DNA of 64,000 nt from Eledone cirrhosa. Taxonomy: Eukaryota. Both the position numbers and the translations under genes were made by a program. The stretch is taken from assembly GCA_964016885.1 (NCBI GenBank), contig OZ024740.1:193502001-193566000 (forward strand), read 5' to 3'. The notes beneath the pieces were generated by a model that saw nothing but the letters and a program-made list of their open reading frames with translations, did no database searches and was not told where the DNA came from. This document shows, piece after piece, positions 38,016-51,044 of the stretch. The first letter of the stretch is position 1. Each line of letters opens with the position of its first letter.

Positions 38016-41000
38016 TGAGTCTCAGTCATTGATGTTAGTTAACTTGAAAATTTGTTGAAATAAATATCAAGCCACGACCTGCAGCCTCAGATATTCAGGA
38101 CGTATCGGAGGGTTCTTGCTGTTCCCAGCAAGCATGCCTTTTGAAGCGTTTCAAAAAGCGTGAAGGCGCCAATTTTCTTTAACCATCCCTGGAAACTTTT
38201 TGAGATAGTCCCTAGTGCGCCTATGACAATGGAGATCACTTTGCCTTCAAGGCACTTCCAAATCCTTTTTACCTCCCACTTTAAGTCCTGGTATCGTTTA
38301 ATTTTCTCCCTCTCCTTCTCTTGCACTCTCGTGTCGAATGGGCAGGCCACATCCACAATCAGGCGCGATCTTTTTTCTTTGTCCACAACCACCAGGTCAG
38401 GTCTATTGTGTTCCAGTTTCTTGTCTGTCTGTATCCTAAAATCCCACAGCACCTTCACCTGATCGTTTTCTATCACCGCCTCTGGCTTATGCTCATACCA
38501 CTTCTCAGAATGTGGTAAATTGTTTACTTTGCATAGGTGCCAGTTGTTTACTTTGCATAGATGCCTTATAGTGAGTCTGGGCTAGGTGTTTACACTCGGA
38601 TACAATGTGAGCCACAGTCTCCTCTCACTCTCCACAGATCCTGCACAGTGGGCTAGCCTCCTCCTTGTAAATATGGTGTTTCAACCACTTCGTTTTGAGG
38701 GCCTGCTCCTCCGCAGCCATTAACATTCCTTCTGTAGCCTTTTTAAGGTCTCCTCTTTTCAACCAGTTCCATGTCTGTGGATCTCTAAATTCAGTTTTCT
38801 CAAAGAAGGGACTATGAAGGGATCTTTGCTGAAGGCTGGTCTTTCTCCTTGATGTTATTTCCTCCTTAGACATCCCCTGGCCTATTGTCCCCTCCTTCAG
38901 TACAGTCACGTATTTGTGTAGGTTGCTTTTCTACATCTGAACACAGTTCTATGCTGATAAGACCTCTTCCACCCTCAGATCTCCTTAAGTAGAGTCTATC
39001 GACATCACTCCTCTTGTGGAACATGTTGTAGATAGTCAATAGCTTCCTAGTCTTCCTATCCATTTCTTTTTGTTCAGCAACATTCCAATAAGAATTCACG
39101 CACTGTACCTAATAATAGACACAGCTCGGAAATTTACTGCACTTATGGCATTCCTACTGTTCAGATGTGACTTTAATACTGTCCTTTCTCTCCGAATGTA
39201 TTCAGTTCTTATTAATTCCTTCATTTTTTTGTTCTTGATGTCATCAGCCTCCAGAACGCCCAAAAACTTGTATCCTTCTTCAGTGTCAATTTCCATTATC
39301 ATCTCACCTGTTGGTACCTGGATTCCATTACTTCTGCTCAATTTACCCCTCTTCATCACAAGGACTCCACACTTACTAATACCAAATTGCATACATATTT
39401 CATTGCTGAAAATACGGACAGTGTCAACAAGCACATCCAACTCCTTCTCACTCTTCCCGAAGAACTTAAGATCGTCCATGAAGAGGGGTGATTGATGGTA
39501 AGCTCTCCCTTTCCCAACTTGTATCCTGCTCTCACCTTTCGCAGTATAATGGTCAGGGGTATCAAGGCAAGGACAAAAAACAGAGGGGACAAGCTATCTC
39601 CCTGGAAGATAACTCTCTTGATCTTCACGCCTCCCAAGGATTCTCCACCCGATGTCATCTCTGTTTCCCAGGACTTCATGCTATTGCTCACCAACTGGTT
39701 ATCCAAGAATTAGGTACCATGTCGAATGCCTTTTTGTATTCTGTCCATACCATGGCAAGACCAGTGTGTCTCCTCTTGCAATTCCTCATTACCATATTAT
39801 CAATAAGTAGCTGGTCCTTTGTACCACGGGACTTGTTTCAGCATCCTTTTCTGTTCGTCCGGTAACAAATTTGTTTATGTGGAGGTGATGGTAGAATTCC
39901 TCAGACACAATGCTTGTCAACAGTTTCCACATTACGGACAGACATGTGATAGGTCTATAGTTGCTAACATCATTACCCTTGATTCGGTCTTTCATTACCA
40001 GAACTGTGGAACCTTTTGTCAACCACTCTGATACTTCACCGGACATCAAGCAGTCATTGAACATGGTTGTCAGTTTCGGTTGGAGGGATGTTGTATTTTT
40101 AATCCAATACCCTTGCACACCATCTGGGTCTGGTGATTTCCAGTTGGTTATTCTTTTAGCCTGCCCTTTAAGAGTTTCAACTGTGATACCCAAATCAGTT
40201 TGTTGGTGTGCTTGTTCACTAATCTCCTTTCGTACTCTCTCACTCCACAAAGCTGTCCAAACAATATCTTCTGGTTGTTGTCAAACATGCGGTTCTGTCT
40301 ATACTGACTGGCTCTGCTCTCATACCGCCTAATCTTTGCACTCTTTGCTACAATGCGTTGCTTCAGTTCCTCTATGATAATATTTAGCTTTTTTCCTCCT
40401 AGATTTATACTTTAATTCCAGTCTATTGTTAGTGTCTATGTTTTGTAGTGTCCCATTCGGAAGGGACTCAAGCTTTCCAATGTTATTTCTCATTTCCTTG
40501 ATTTGACCAGTCAGTCGTTTCTTCCACCAAGGTTCTTATCTTTCTTGTTTGTTGTTTCCTCTCGTTTTCATTCAAAGTAACTTCCTCACCGCATTTGCTG
40601 TTGCTTTGAGGATATTGTTGCATTGGTGAAGATTCCTCGCCTCAAGGTATGGGATGACTTTGTTTATCTTAGTTGTTGTTTCTTTTAACTTGTTCCTGTC
40701 TACAAATCTTAGGTTCATAGGTTTCCCACTATCATTGTTCATTTCATCTACAACTAAGTTTAGGATGTCAACCAAATCTCGTCCTAGCCCGTCAGCATTC
40801 ATTTCCTCAATGGACGTATCTTTGTTCCAGATGTTATTTATTTCAGCATTCAGGTCGTTGTCTGCTTCTGATGCTTCCTCCGTTCTCTCAACCTCTTCAC
40901 CCTCATTTCCCACTGGCTCGTTTGCATGGCATACTCCACTCTCCATTTCCAACGTAATCTCTCTGCTGACTTCCTTCAGTTCCAGCTCGCTTATCCACCT

Positions 41001-41450
41001 ATTAGTTCTTATTACCTTAGCCTGCCCGGCCAATTTTTGTTCATCTAATTTAAATAGACCAATCTCGTTCCAGATGTTATACATCCGTTTCCTATAGCCC
41101 TTTTCCTTGGGGTTACTCTTCAGGTAACATTGCATAACAGTTCTATTCAATTCTTTCGTCCAGTTGGTTCTTGTCCCTTTCCTTCTTCTTCTTCCTCCAA
41201 TACCAGCAGTATTTGGATGACAGCCAGGTCCGTGCTGCTGGGCCAGGGAGCACTTGCTAGATGAGAGTCTTTCACATGACGTTCCAGTCTCCTTTCACCG
41301 TTATTCGAACTGCTTAGGTTCGACATTTAAACACTCATATCGAGGATTGGTGAATGTATGGTTACATAACCATCGGTGATTTCATCACCCCCAGTGATTT
41401 CATCACCCCTGGTGATTTTAGCGTGGCACTGTCACGCTGTAGACGAACAT
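38016..41450 (-). mobile_element. R4/Dong-like RLE non-LTR element, family A (decayed; may extend to about 42708)
   Basis: VMQCYLKSNP, KSPDPDG, NYRPITCL, IFQGDSLSP, MDDLK, CRICGE...H, HNRPD, KYQDL-like and GALG motifs. The 3' end abuts (TAA)n at 37974-38015. Confidence 0.9.
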
Positions 41451-41755
41451 AAATAAATAAACAAATAAATAGATACAAACTTTAAAAAATAAACATCAGT
41501 TTCATTGTAATGTTTGAATGTCTGACTTGTTTTTTTTTTTTTTTTTTTTTTCCTTTACGTTTAACGTTTTTCAAGGCCAGTAATATCGGTTACTAGTGCT
41601 GTTGTTGCTGCTGCTGCTGTTTTTGATTTTAGCTTCGAGGGAAGTAGGGGTTGTTGCGTTCAAAACGTTTTAAATTTGTTTTTGTTGTTGCGTTTGTATT
41701 TGTCTATGTTCTGTTCCATAATTTTTCGACTTGTTGCTTATCATTATTATTATTA

Positions 41756-41945
41756 TGTGAATTGGCAGTATCGGTAGAGGGTTGAACGCCATGCTTTCTA
41801 GCATAGTTACGTCCCTTTACAGTCTGAGTTCAAATCCCGCCGAGGTTAACTTTGCCTTTAATCCTTACGGGGTCGATAAAATAAAGTACCAGTAATGTAC
41901 TGGGTAGTTGCTGGCCTTGTGCCTAAAGTAGAAACAATTATTATT
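41756..41945 (+). mobile_element. tRNA-derived SINE, full length, (ATT)n tail
   Basis: TGGCAGTATCGGTAG...GAGTTCAAATCCCGCC...GGCCTTGTGCCTAAAGTAGAAACAATTATTATT. Confidence 0.9.
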
Positions 41946-41972
41946 ATTATATTATAGTATTATATTATGATA

Positions 41973-42096
41973 TTCTGAGTTCAAATCCCACCAAGGTTAA
42001 TTTTGCCTTTCATCCTTACGGGGTCGATAAAATAAAGTACCAGTAATGCACTGGGGTAATAGCTGGCCTTGTGCCAAAAGTAGAAACAATTATTAT
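41973..42096 (+). mobile_element. tRNA-derived SINE, 5'-truncated adjacent copy
   Basis: CTGAGTTCAAATCCC...GGCCTTGTGCCAAAAGTAGAAACAATTATT. Confidence 0.9.
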
Positions 42097-42189
42097 ATTA
42101 TAGTTTAGATTTGACATCGTTTAACCTAAACATTTTGAGAGAGTTTAGAGATACAGCAACAATAATTATTTTGGTGCTGTTGTTGTTTC

Positions 42190-42708
42190 CTGTTTGACCG
42201 GGTCACTAAATCAGTCTATTTATATCTTTTGGTGACTTTCTCGCTTCTATTCATGTGCAGTGGCACTCCTACCATCCCTCTCTTAACAGGAGGTAGTGAG
42301 GGAATAGTGATGGTAGCGATAATGCAGTGGTGGCGGTGGTACTGGGATAGTAGTACTATAGTGATGGTGTTGCTGCAGCCGTTGGTTTGTATTTGTATTT
42401 GGCTAGATTGTTTGTGGTAGTGGTGATGGCGGCGGCGGCGGTGGTGGTGTTGGTGGTGAAATTATTTGGCTGTTATTTGTAGCCAGTTTCTTTTTTTACT
42501 ATAAATGTCTGATACAAAATTAAATATTAAATATTGGAGCCCTATGCCATAATGTGATGCGTTTTCACTTCCTAAGAATTAAGACTGGTATCTTATGTTC
42601 CATTTGTAATAACAATTATTCTATCATAATTGTTTTAAATATGTAAAAAATCAAAAATTCACGGGAGCGATTCCATAACACACTATCCACCATCTGCGTA
42701 ACTTCCCT
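42190..42708 (-). repeat. Conserved non-coding leader upstream of R4 element A (homologous to 51045-51756)
   Basis: Shared blocks include CCGGGTCACTAA.TCA.TCTATTTATATCTTTTG, GGGAATAGTGATGGTA and AAAAATCAAAAA.T.ACGGGAGCGATT.CAT.AC...CTATCCACC...TGCGT...TCCCT+(TTA)n. Confidence 0.8.
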
Positions 42709-42709
42709 A

Positions 42710-42749
<40 letters not shown>

Positions 42750-45700
42750 GAATGCCATGGTTGACGGAGGCTCGGCTCTGTAAGGTATTGTAAATTTTGA
42801 CCGCTATAACAATTGTAAATTGTTTAAACCTTTAACCAAACTGTAGACAAAAACACCCTCCTCCTCGTGAGAGGGGTCTTTCTGCCCGTTAATTTGCCCT
42901 TCGGGGTTAAATAACCGCTTGTTGGGGGATTGTGCGCAATATCTATTTTAAACCAAAAAAAACATGGCTACGAAAAAGAACTTTCACAAGTCACTCCCAC
43001 TCATTCCGTCCTCTCCTTCCTCAATCGTCATTACAGCAGAGAGAAGATTGTCTCTCTCCCTCCCTTCTCTAAATGTGTCTCTTTCCCTCCCTTCTCTTTC
43101 GCAAGCGACGCCAGTAAAGAAAAATAGTTTACAAAATAACGTGCAAATCAAGGAACATTTCTCCACGAAGACGACAACGACGAAAAAGATGTGCGGGAAA
43201 TACGAAAACCCATCTCATTCGTCTGACGTCATGAATAATAGCAGTAGCAGCCGTAATAACAGCAGCAGCAGCAACAGTGACAAGGAAAACAACAGTAGCA
43301 GCCGCAACAGCATCAGCAGCAGCATAAACAACAACAGCATTAGCAGCAGCAGCAACAACAACAACAACCACAGCAACAGCGGCGGCGGCAGTAGTGGTAG
43401 TACCTGCAGCAACAACAAAAGTAACAGCAGCTCTGACGACGACAACAACAACAGCAGCAAAGAAAAACCAATCTCGTTTGCAGGTATCGCAAAGAACCTG
43501 GAAACGATCCTCATAACAAATGAGGAATTAGAGGAAGCGAAGAAGATGGTGTCGAAAACCGGACACCGAGCAATCTGCAAGGCAGCCGAAAAATGTTTCG
43601 AAACCCAACAGCACTGTACTGTCACGTACCGTACAGTAAGCACAAAATCCCGTAGGGTTGAAAGAGCCACAGAGGCTCAAATACAAAAAGCCTTATGGTC
43701 TGTGTGGCAGCGGAAAACGCATATCACCCAAGGCAAGAAATATGCCACCGTAGACGTGCTTTTTGCCACACCCCAGGAGGCAAAGGCTCAATATTTAGTG
43801 ACCCTAAAGAGCGAGGAAAATGTCGTAAGAAGGCGCAAACGCAGAAGCAACGCATCGTCGCCTTCGAAAAGGGAGGAAAGAAATGAAAAAAGGGTAAAGG
43901 CTAGTGCAAAGAGACTCACAGCAGCAACACCACCAACACTATCATCACCCACACTAGCACCATCATCACCACCGGCGACAACGCCACCGCCAACAACAAC
44001 AACGCCTTCAATACCACCACCACAAGCACCAACATCGCAAACACAACAAAACACACACACCCGGAAACAACGACAAGAAAATAGCAGAACCACACCCCAC
44101 CCCCAGAAAAACAAATGCACGGCAATGAATACACACAACAAGAAACTAATGACTTACATAATTGAACACACAGACATTTCACAGCACGACTACATAATAC
44201 CAGCACCAATAAAAACGCCAACGTACATAAGACTGGTAAATATAGCACAGAAACAATACACAAACATTAAAACGAAATTCCCCAACGCAGTTGGTGATTT
44301 CAGAGACCTAGGAGGGACTCTCAACCGGAGAGTATATTCGGACATACTCATAGAAGAGCCGACGACAAGCCGAAGGGAAGATTCAACGGTCCCTTCGCCA
44401 GACGATCAAGTGAAAAGAGATGGAGAAACCATCATTCCTCTATGAAAAGTACGGTAAGTGGTCTTTCCCATCTTTTCCACTCCATTTTAAAAATGACCTC
44501 ACACAGAATAGGCAGCATAAATGCGCGTGGCTTGGGGTCGTCATGGAAGCAGGGTCACCTCCACAACGACCTCAGGTCACTAAACATAGATGTAGTGGCC
44601 ATCAGCGAGACCAGAATCTCCGAAGCACGGGCCTTCACACCGATCTTCGGCTGCTACGATGTGTACGCATCTCCCAGCCGTCCAGGATCGGGGGGAGGAT
44701 TAGCTGTGCTTTTTCGGAGAGGTTTGGATCTCGCCATACGGGCTATCTTCCTGGACCCAGAGGGTAAGTTGGTGGTTCTGGACGTGACCAGCGGAGACGG
44801 GCAAGCTATCAGACTAGTGGCCGTCTATGCTCCGACAGGAGCAGGGCGGCCTGATTTCTTCCGGCGTCTGGAGAACTTTCTTGGAACGTCCCGCTCTTTA
44901 GTGTTAGTGGGTGACTGGAACGGGATCTTAGATGCACGCTTGGACTGTGTGGGATTAGCGGATAGGGGTGGAAGGTGCAAGAGCCTCACCAACCTGCTCA
45001 GGCGTTTTGAACTGTCTGATAGGTACCGATTGGATTTCCCGAATGTGCTAATGTGGACTTGGACAAATCGCATTGGGTCATCCAGATCATATCTAGATAG
45101 AGCATTTTGTAGGGAAATAGATAGCTCTAGCATAGGCTGTCCACAATTCAAGATAGTCAGCTACACGGACCACAAATTCGTGATCTGTGTGCTTGACTTA
45201 GATAGGCTTCACAGACGAGGACCCGGCTACTGGAAGCTAAACGCGTCCTTACCAGCGCGCAAGGCCTACAGACACCGGATTAGCGAACTAGTTAAGCGGG
45301 CGTTGACGGGGGGGCCATCGTTAACAACAAGTGGTGGTTTGCTCCGAAAAGAGCGATTAGAATAGAATCCATTAGGTTTAGTAAGGCTTTAACAATAGAG
45401 AAAAATAGAGCAGAGGGAGAACTATTTAGAAAATTAGAAGAGGCGCTTAGCAAAGGCATCGCGACTGACGTGCTTGCGGCGAAATTGGCCCTGGACCAAT
45501 TCTTTAATGCAAAGCACGAAGGTTGCGTTGTCAGATCTAGGGTGCGTACCCTCAGACACGAGGGGACGAAAGCCGTTCAATGGGCCCGAGTGGCGGAGGC
45601 GCGTCGTGGAAACCAAGCCACGATCTGGTCTTTGGTGGACCACGACTGGCGCATGCTACTCGATTCCAGGCAAATGTGTGAAGCTTTTCAGCGACACTTC

Positions 45701-46930
45701 GCTCAGCTGTCCGGGGGCAGCGGTGGGCCGAGTCGAGGGATGGACTTTAGTGTCTACCTTGACGGACTGCCACAGCTCTCGGCCAATGAGGCGGAGTGTT
45801 GCGAAAAGCCGATAACAGCCGCTGATAATTCGCCGATGCTGATAATTCGCCGTGGCTGATAATTCGCAGACACGCGCTCAGGATACGACATCTCCACCTC
45901 TTTCTCGACGGTGATCAAGTGTGGTCTCGGTTTGCTAGACACGTCTTTCCCCAGCTCGTCTCCTTGGCGGAGCTGCAGCCCTGGGTCAAGCGAAGACCGA
46001 GAGGGACGGCTTGGAGACTGGAATGGCTTCAGGCGCTCACAGCCCTCGACCAATCGGGCAATGTGATCGGGGGAAACTCCAGCTTGGCGTTCTATAGAGG
46101 ATTAGTGGAGGGGAGGAGCGACGACGTACTTGGGGAATATCTAGGCGTCGACGAAAATCAACTAGCCAGTCTCTTCGGAAGAACTTTCGGGCCTGGGCCT
46201 ATGGACAACTATGGACAACTGGCAGTGATACCGAGGAGCTTTTCCAGTTCGGGATAGACTTTACAGGCATGGAGGTGCCGTCACCCGGGCATGTCCTGCA
46301 CGCACTCGTCCAGTGTCCGAGCATTGCTGACTTGTGGGTTTATGTCGAACACCTGCTGTCGCGTGTGGGACGGATCCAGCTATCAGCTGAGTCCATCGTG
46401 AGGATTGCCCCGCCCTCTTCCTTTAGCCGGGAAGTACAGGCAGTTTTTATCTGTCTGGTGGCCATGGCGAAAGAGATAGTATGGTGGACACGTTTGAAAG
46501 GGCTAAAGACGAGCACTTACCTCTTTGGTGATGCCCTGATTAACTTTTTCAAATTTCATTTGAAAAGGAAAATCAGGGTAGAAAGGGAAGTGCTCTCTTC
46601 CCAGCATTTTGTTGAAAGATGGGTGAGAGAGGCAAGAATAGCCCGAGTGAATGGGCCTACTCTGAGTACGTATATGTAAATTAAAGGTGGAAAACTGGGA
46701 GAGAGCACTTGCCTGGGTGGTCAGGGTCACTGTGGCCTTTTACTGGGCTTTCTCTACAAATGCCCCTCTGAAGACTCCCCCCTATCGGGGAATTTTTCAT
46801 TGTTGTTTTTTTGTTACATCCTCAGTTTTTGTTTTTTACACGCAGATATGACCATTAGTACCATCCTGTATTGTCCTGCACTGTCCTTAATGACTATTTT
46901 ATGTAAACCCTTGTGGTTAATGAAGAAACC
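42750..46930 (+). mobile_element. Tx1/L1-clade element, copy 3 (same family as copy 2), two internal deletions
   Basis: 5' end nearly identical to 32201. ORF 42964-44445 lacks the zinc knuckle; APE is intact (44442-45365); the RT core is deleted at about 45830. Flanked by (ATT)n. Confidence 0.93.
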
Positions 46931-46949
46931 ATTATTATTATTATTATTA

Positions 46950-49900
46950 CAGCTGCATTTATCTTGCCTTATGTTCATACGAGTTATCACCAAGTCACAA
47001 CCAGTGACCTCAATAGACCACAAGGTCCGCCATGTTCAAGAAAGAACATACATACTCACACATGCATCTTTAGGTGTTTAGACTTGTGATGTACTTATAT
47101 TGACAGAATCTTCCTTAGTATATGGGCAGTTCCCATTAGTACTATCTTTTGTATTTTTCCTATACGCGGGTTTCCTGGGATTTGCGATAAGTAATCATTA
47201 GACCCCTTAGGTATCATTCCTAGAGCGCCTACAACCACTGGTATTGTTTTAGTTCTCAATTTCCACATTTTTCCAATTTCTATCTCCAGGTCCTTATACT
47301 TGCTCAATTTTTCAAATGTTTTTATAGATACATTCTTGTCTATTAGAACGGACATATCAATTAGCAGGCATACCCTCTTTTTAAAGTCCTTCAATATTAT
47401 ATCAGGTCTATTTGCATCTATTTTTCGGTCTGGTTGGATGTTAAAGTTTCACAAGATTGCGATGTGATCTTTTTCAAGTATGGGAGGTGATTGATGCTCC
47501 CACCAATTCTTTTGATGAGGCAGGTCAAAATGCTTACACATTATCCAATGTATGTATTGTGCAGCTCTGTCATGCCTGTTTAGGTATTCGGTTGGATCTA
47601 TAGGACTGCACATTGAAATTATATGGTCAATGGTCTCTGGTTGTTTTTTACATATACGGCATAATGGGCTGCATCCATTTTTATTATGTTGGCTTGGTAA
47701 TTTTTTGTTGGCAAACACTGATCTTGTGCTGATATAATCAGTCCATCAGTCTCCGATTTCAGTCCAGAGGATGCCAACCACTGATGGGTTAAAGTTTTGT
47801 CAACATCAGGATTGTTAGCTCGTTATGGGTATTTTCCATACAGTGGCTTTTCTTGCCATTTCTTGGCCAGTTTCTGTAGCAGTTCTTTCTTTGCAGTTAC
47901 TTTTACCTGCTTTGCTTTTTCTGTGTTTTCCATTTCAGCAGTAAATGGGACTTCTGAAATTTGTACTCCATTACTGTATTTTTGTGCATCATTTGTAATG
48001 GAATATGATCTTTTGATGCATTCGTGTTTCAAAACGAGTTTGATCATCCAATCATGTGATTCCCTTAGATATGTAGATAATCCAATTGTTGCAGTTTTCA
48101 ACGCAATGTCTAACTGGATTAACCCACGTCCTCCTTCTTTCCTAGGGAGATATATTCTATCTGTATCTGCCTTAGGGTGATGCATTCTGTGCATGGTTAA
48201 GAATTTTCGAATTTTTGTATCGAGCCTACATATCTCTGTGCTTGACCAGTTGATGACATTGTAACTGTAGGTTACTACTGGTAGTGCAAGCGTGTTTATG
48301 GCATCGATCCTATTCTTTGCATTCAATTCCGATCTTAAGATTGCTCTTACTCTGCGGTAACATTCCTTCCTTATCCTTTCCCTCATTGTCGAGTGCTTGA
48401 TTCCGTCTCCTTCACAAACACCTAGATATTTGTAAGTTTCCTCTTGATCAAGTTCTCTTATCACATTCCCCCGATCAAGATTAATGTCTGAACTCTTCAG
48501 CAGCTTTCCTCTGGTGAACGTTGCATTGGCGCATTTATCTAGTCCAAACTCCATTTTAATATCATCACTGAACTGCTCCACAGTGGATAATAGCCCTTGT
48601 AATTCTTCATCATTTTTTGCAAATAGTTTCAGGTCATCCATGTAGAACAAGTGATTAATGGTTTTGTCATAGACTTTATATCCATGCTTTGTTTCATTGA
48701 GCATTTTACTTAATGGTATAAGTGCGATGCAGAATAAAAGCGGTGATAAAGAGTCACCCTGAAAAATTCCACAATTAATATTAACTTCTCCATCTTCCAG
48801 TGATTTTGTTTCACTAATCAAAAGGAGTGCCGTTTTCCATGTCTTCATACTGAATGACAAAAACCTCCTGACAACGGGAGATATTTTGAAAATCTCTAAA
48901 CATTTTTCAATCCAACTGTGTGGCAAACTATCGAATGCTTTTTTATAATCTATCCAAGCAATTGATAGATTTTTGTGTCTATTATGACAATCTTCCAGTA
49001 TCATTTTGTTAGCCAAAAGCTGATCCTTACAGCCATATGAGCCTTGTTTACACCCTTTCTGCTCAATGGGAAATAGGTAATTTGTTATCAGGAGGTCAAA
49101 TGTTATACATTGTGGTCAAGCAAGTTATCGGTCTGTAATTTTGGGGATTGTTTGTTTCATCATTCTTCGGAAGCAGGAATGTAATGCCGTTAACTAGCGA
49201 TGATGGTATCTTTTCTGGCTCGTTAACTATTTCATTGTAAAGTTGGGCTAACAGCTCATGAGATTCTGTGAAGGCATTTATCCAAAAATTTTGTATTTTG
49301 TCTTTTGCTGGGGATTTCCATTTGCTGGTTTTTCTTAGAGCCAAACGCAACTGTTCAACTGTATTTGTCTGTCTATCCATGCGGCATGTATATTATGAAT
49401 TTTTTCTTCGGCCCTGATCTTTTCCCAGAATTCTTGCACTTTCTTCTTGGGTGGTATTAATTTAGCAGTTATTGTTGACGTACCAATTTTTCTGTAGAAG
49501 TTTCTTTGGTTCTTTTTGAACATATTATTGTCCTTATAGCATCTAGATCGTTTTTCAAAGCGACTTATACGAGCAGCTTTGGCCGACACTTTTTGCTTGA
49601 TTATTTCTTTCAGCATGTCTATGTCACTTGTTGATTTTATACTGTACTTTCTTTTCAATTTTCTAAGTTTAGTTTGTTTAACATGTTCACCTACTTTATA
49701 GTTTGTTAAAATTTCTATGTCAGATCGGAGAAGGTTTATTTGGCGATTGATGTTCTCTTGCCAAGTAGATTTCTTGTGGGAATTCCTTTGTTTTTTCATC
49801 TCCATAAGTGAGTGGTGACTTTAGCCGATGCATAATAGAGATGATTTAAATCAGTAATGTTTAGTTTGTTTGTGATGATAATGCTTTTGAGAATTATGTT

Positions 49901-50830
49901 AGTCTTGTGTATTATCTTTTGGTTCTGTTTGGATTTCTGGATCTTAGGGAGGGTTTCTCGTTACCCCGTGTCAGATTCTTTCATTTTCATACATTCGATC
50001 ATAATTTCATCCTTTAAGTTGGCAAGTTCATTCTCATTCATTTCTTTATCATTTACGATCTCATTGTTTTCATTTGGAGTTTCATCTTGAGCAGGCACTC
50101 CCTACACTTTTTCGATCCGTTATTTAATTTGTTCTGTTGTCAGTGATTCCGACTCCACGCTGGAATTCGAAGTGCTACAATTTACCTCCTTTTCACTGAC
50201 ACATGTTTCATTTTCCCTTCGCTGACTTTGTGCTAATAGCTTGATCTGATCAATTTCTATATCAGTTAGTAACTTTTTTTTTTACAATATTTCTTCGTAT
50301 ATTGGCTAGTTTGTTACTGTCAATATAGCCTCTGTTTTCGGGATGTTTCTTTTTCCAGTTGATATATGTCTGTTCTGTATTCGATTTATTTGATGGGTAG
50401 TACATGGCAGTGTAGAAAGCCTCAAGGACTTCTTTATTATCTTCCCTTGACCATTTTTCTCTCTTTTTCTTTGGATTTCTTGGTGGTGAGCATGGAGGGC
50501 CAACAGTAGGAGTATTCCGGTTATGGGAGATCTCCAGCTCCGAAGTGATGGGAAGGTTTGAACCATTAGCTGATGTTTCGACCCCAGTCTGGTTCCTCTC
50601 TGAGGGACGCTGCCCTTTTTTACCCGGGTGACGGCCGATCCGGTATGAGATTTTATCATTAGACATTTACTTTATTTTGTCGCGTTTTATCCTTATCCGC
50701 CAAGGGGTAATCATTTCGTGTTACCACTTCTAGGTCGAGTGTCAACCAAGACTAGAGGGATCGTCATTCCCTAGAAACACGGCTATTCCCCGCCGGCCGC
50801 CATTCCGGTATTTCTTGGTCACGAGGTTTT
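46950..50830 (-). mobile_element. R4/Dong-like RLE non-LTR element, family B (near full length; may extend to about 51756)
   Basis: IGRHPG, KWSREDN, NYRPITCL, WIDYKKAFDS, GIFQGDSLSP, LFYMDDLK, CRICKKQPETIDHI, NRPD, KYKDLEIEI and GALG. The 3' end abuts (TAA)n at 46931-46949. Confidence 0.92.
47823..49016 (-). pseudogene. R4-type reverse transcriptase core (397-aa open stretch)
   Basis: DYKKAFDS, QGDSLSP, YMDD, YKYLG and GGRGL motifs. Confidence 0.92.
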
Positions 50831-51044
50831 CTTTTTTGTTGTTTTTTAAATTGTTATTATCATGAGTGGTTCCTTAATGTGAGCATTGCGTGGCTTAAGA
50901 ATGAAATTATTAATAATATAATATAATTTTTGCTGAAGTTGCCTATTATTGTTGTTGGTTATGTCGGTGGTGGTGCTGGGGCTTTTTCTATTGTTGGTGG
51001 GGAAGAGGGGATCCAGCAGTGCCATAGTCCTTGACGTTTGGCCG

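Noticed and set aside
41760-41842. tRNA gene
   Set aside because: The A/B boxes belong to the SINE head; there is no cloverleaf and the sequence continues into the SINE core.
50680-50825. GC-rich structured segment upstream of the R4-B ORF as an HDV-like ribozyme
   Set aside because: GACCAAG/CTTGGTT pairing is present but I could not assign P1.1, P3 or the catalytic C consistently; needs an RNArobo/Infernal search.
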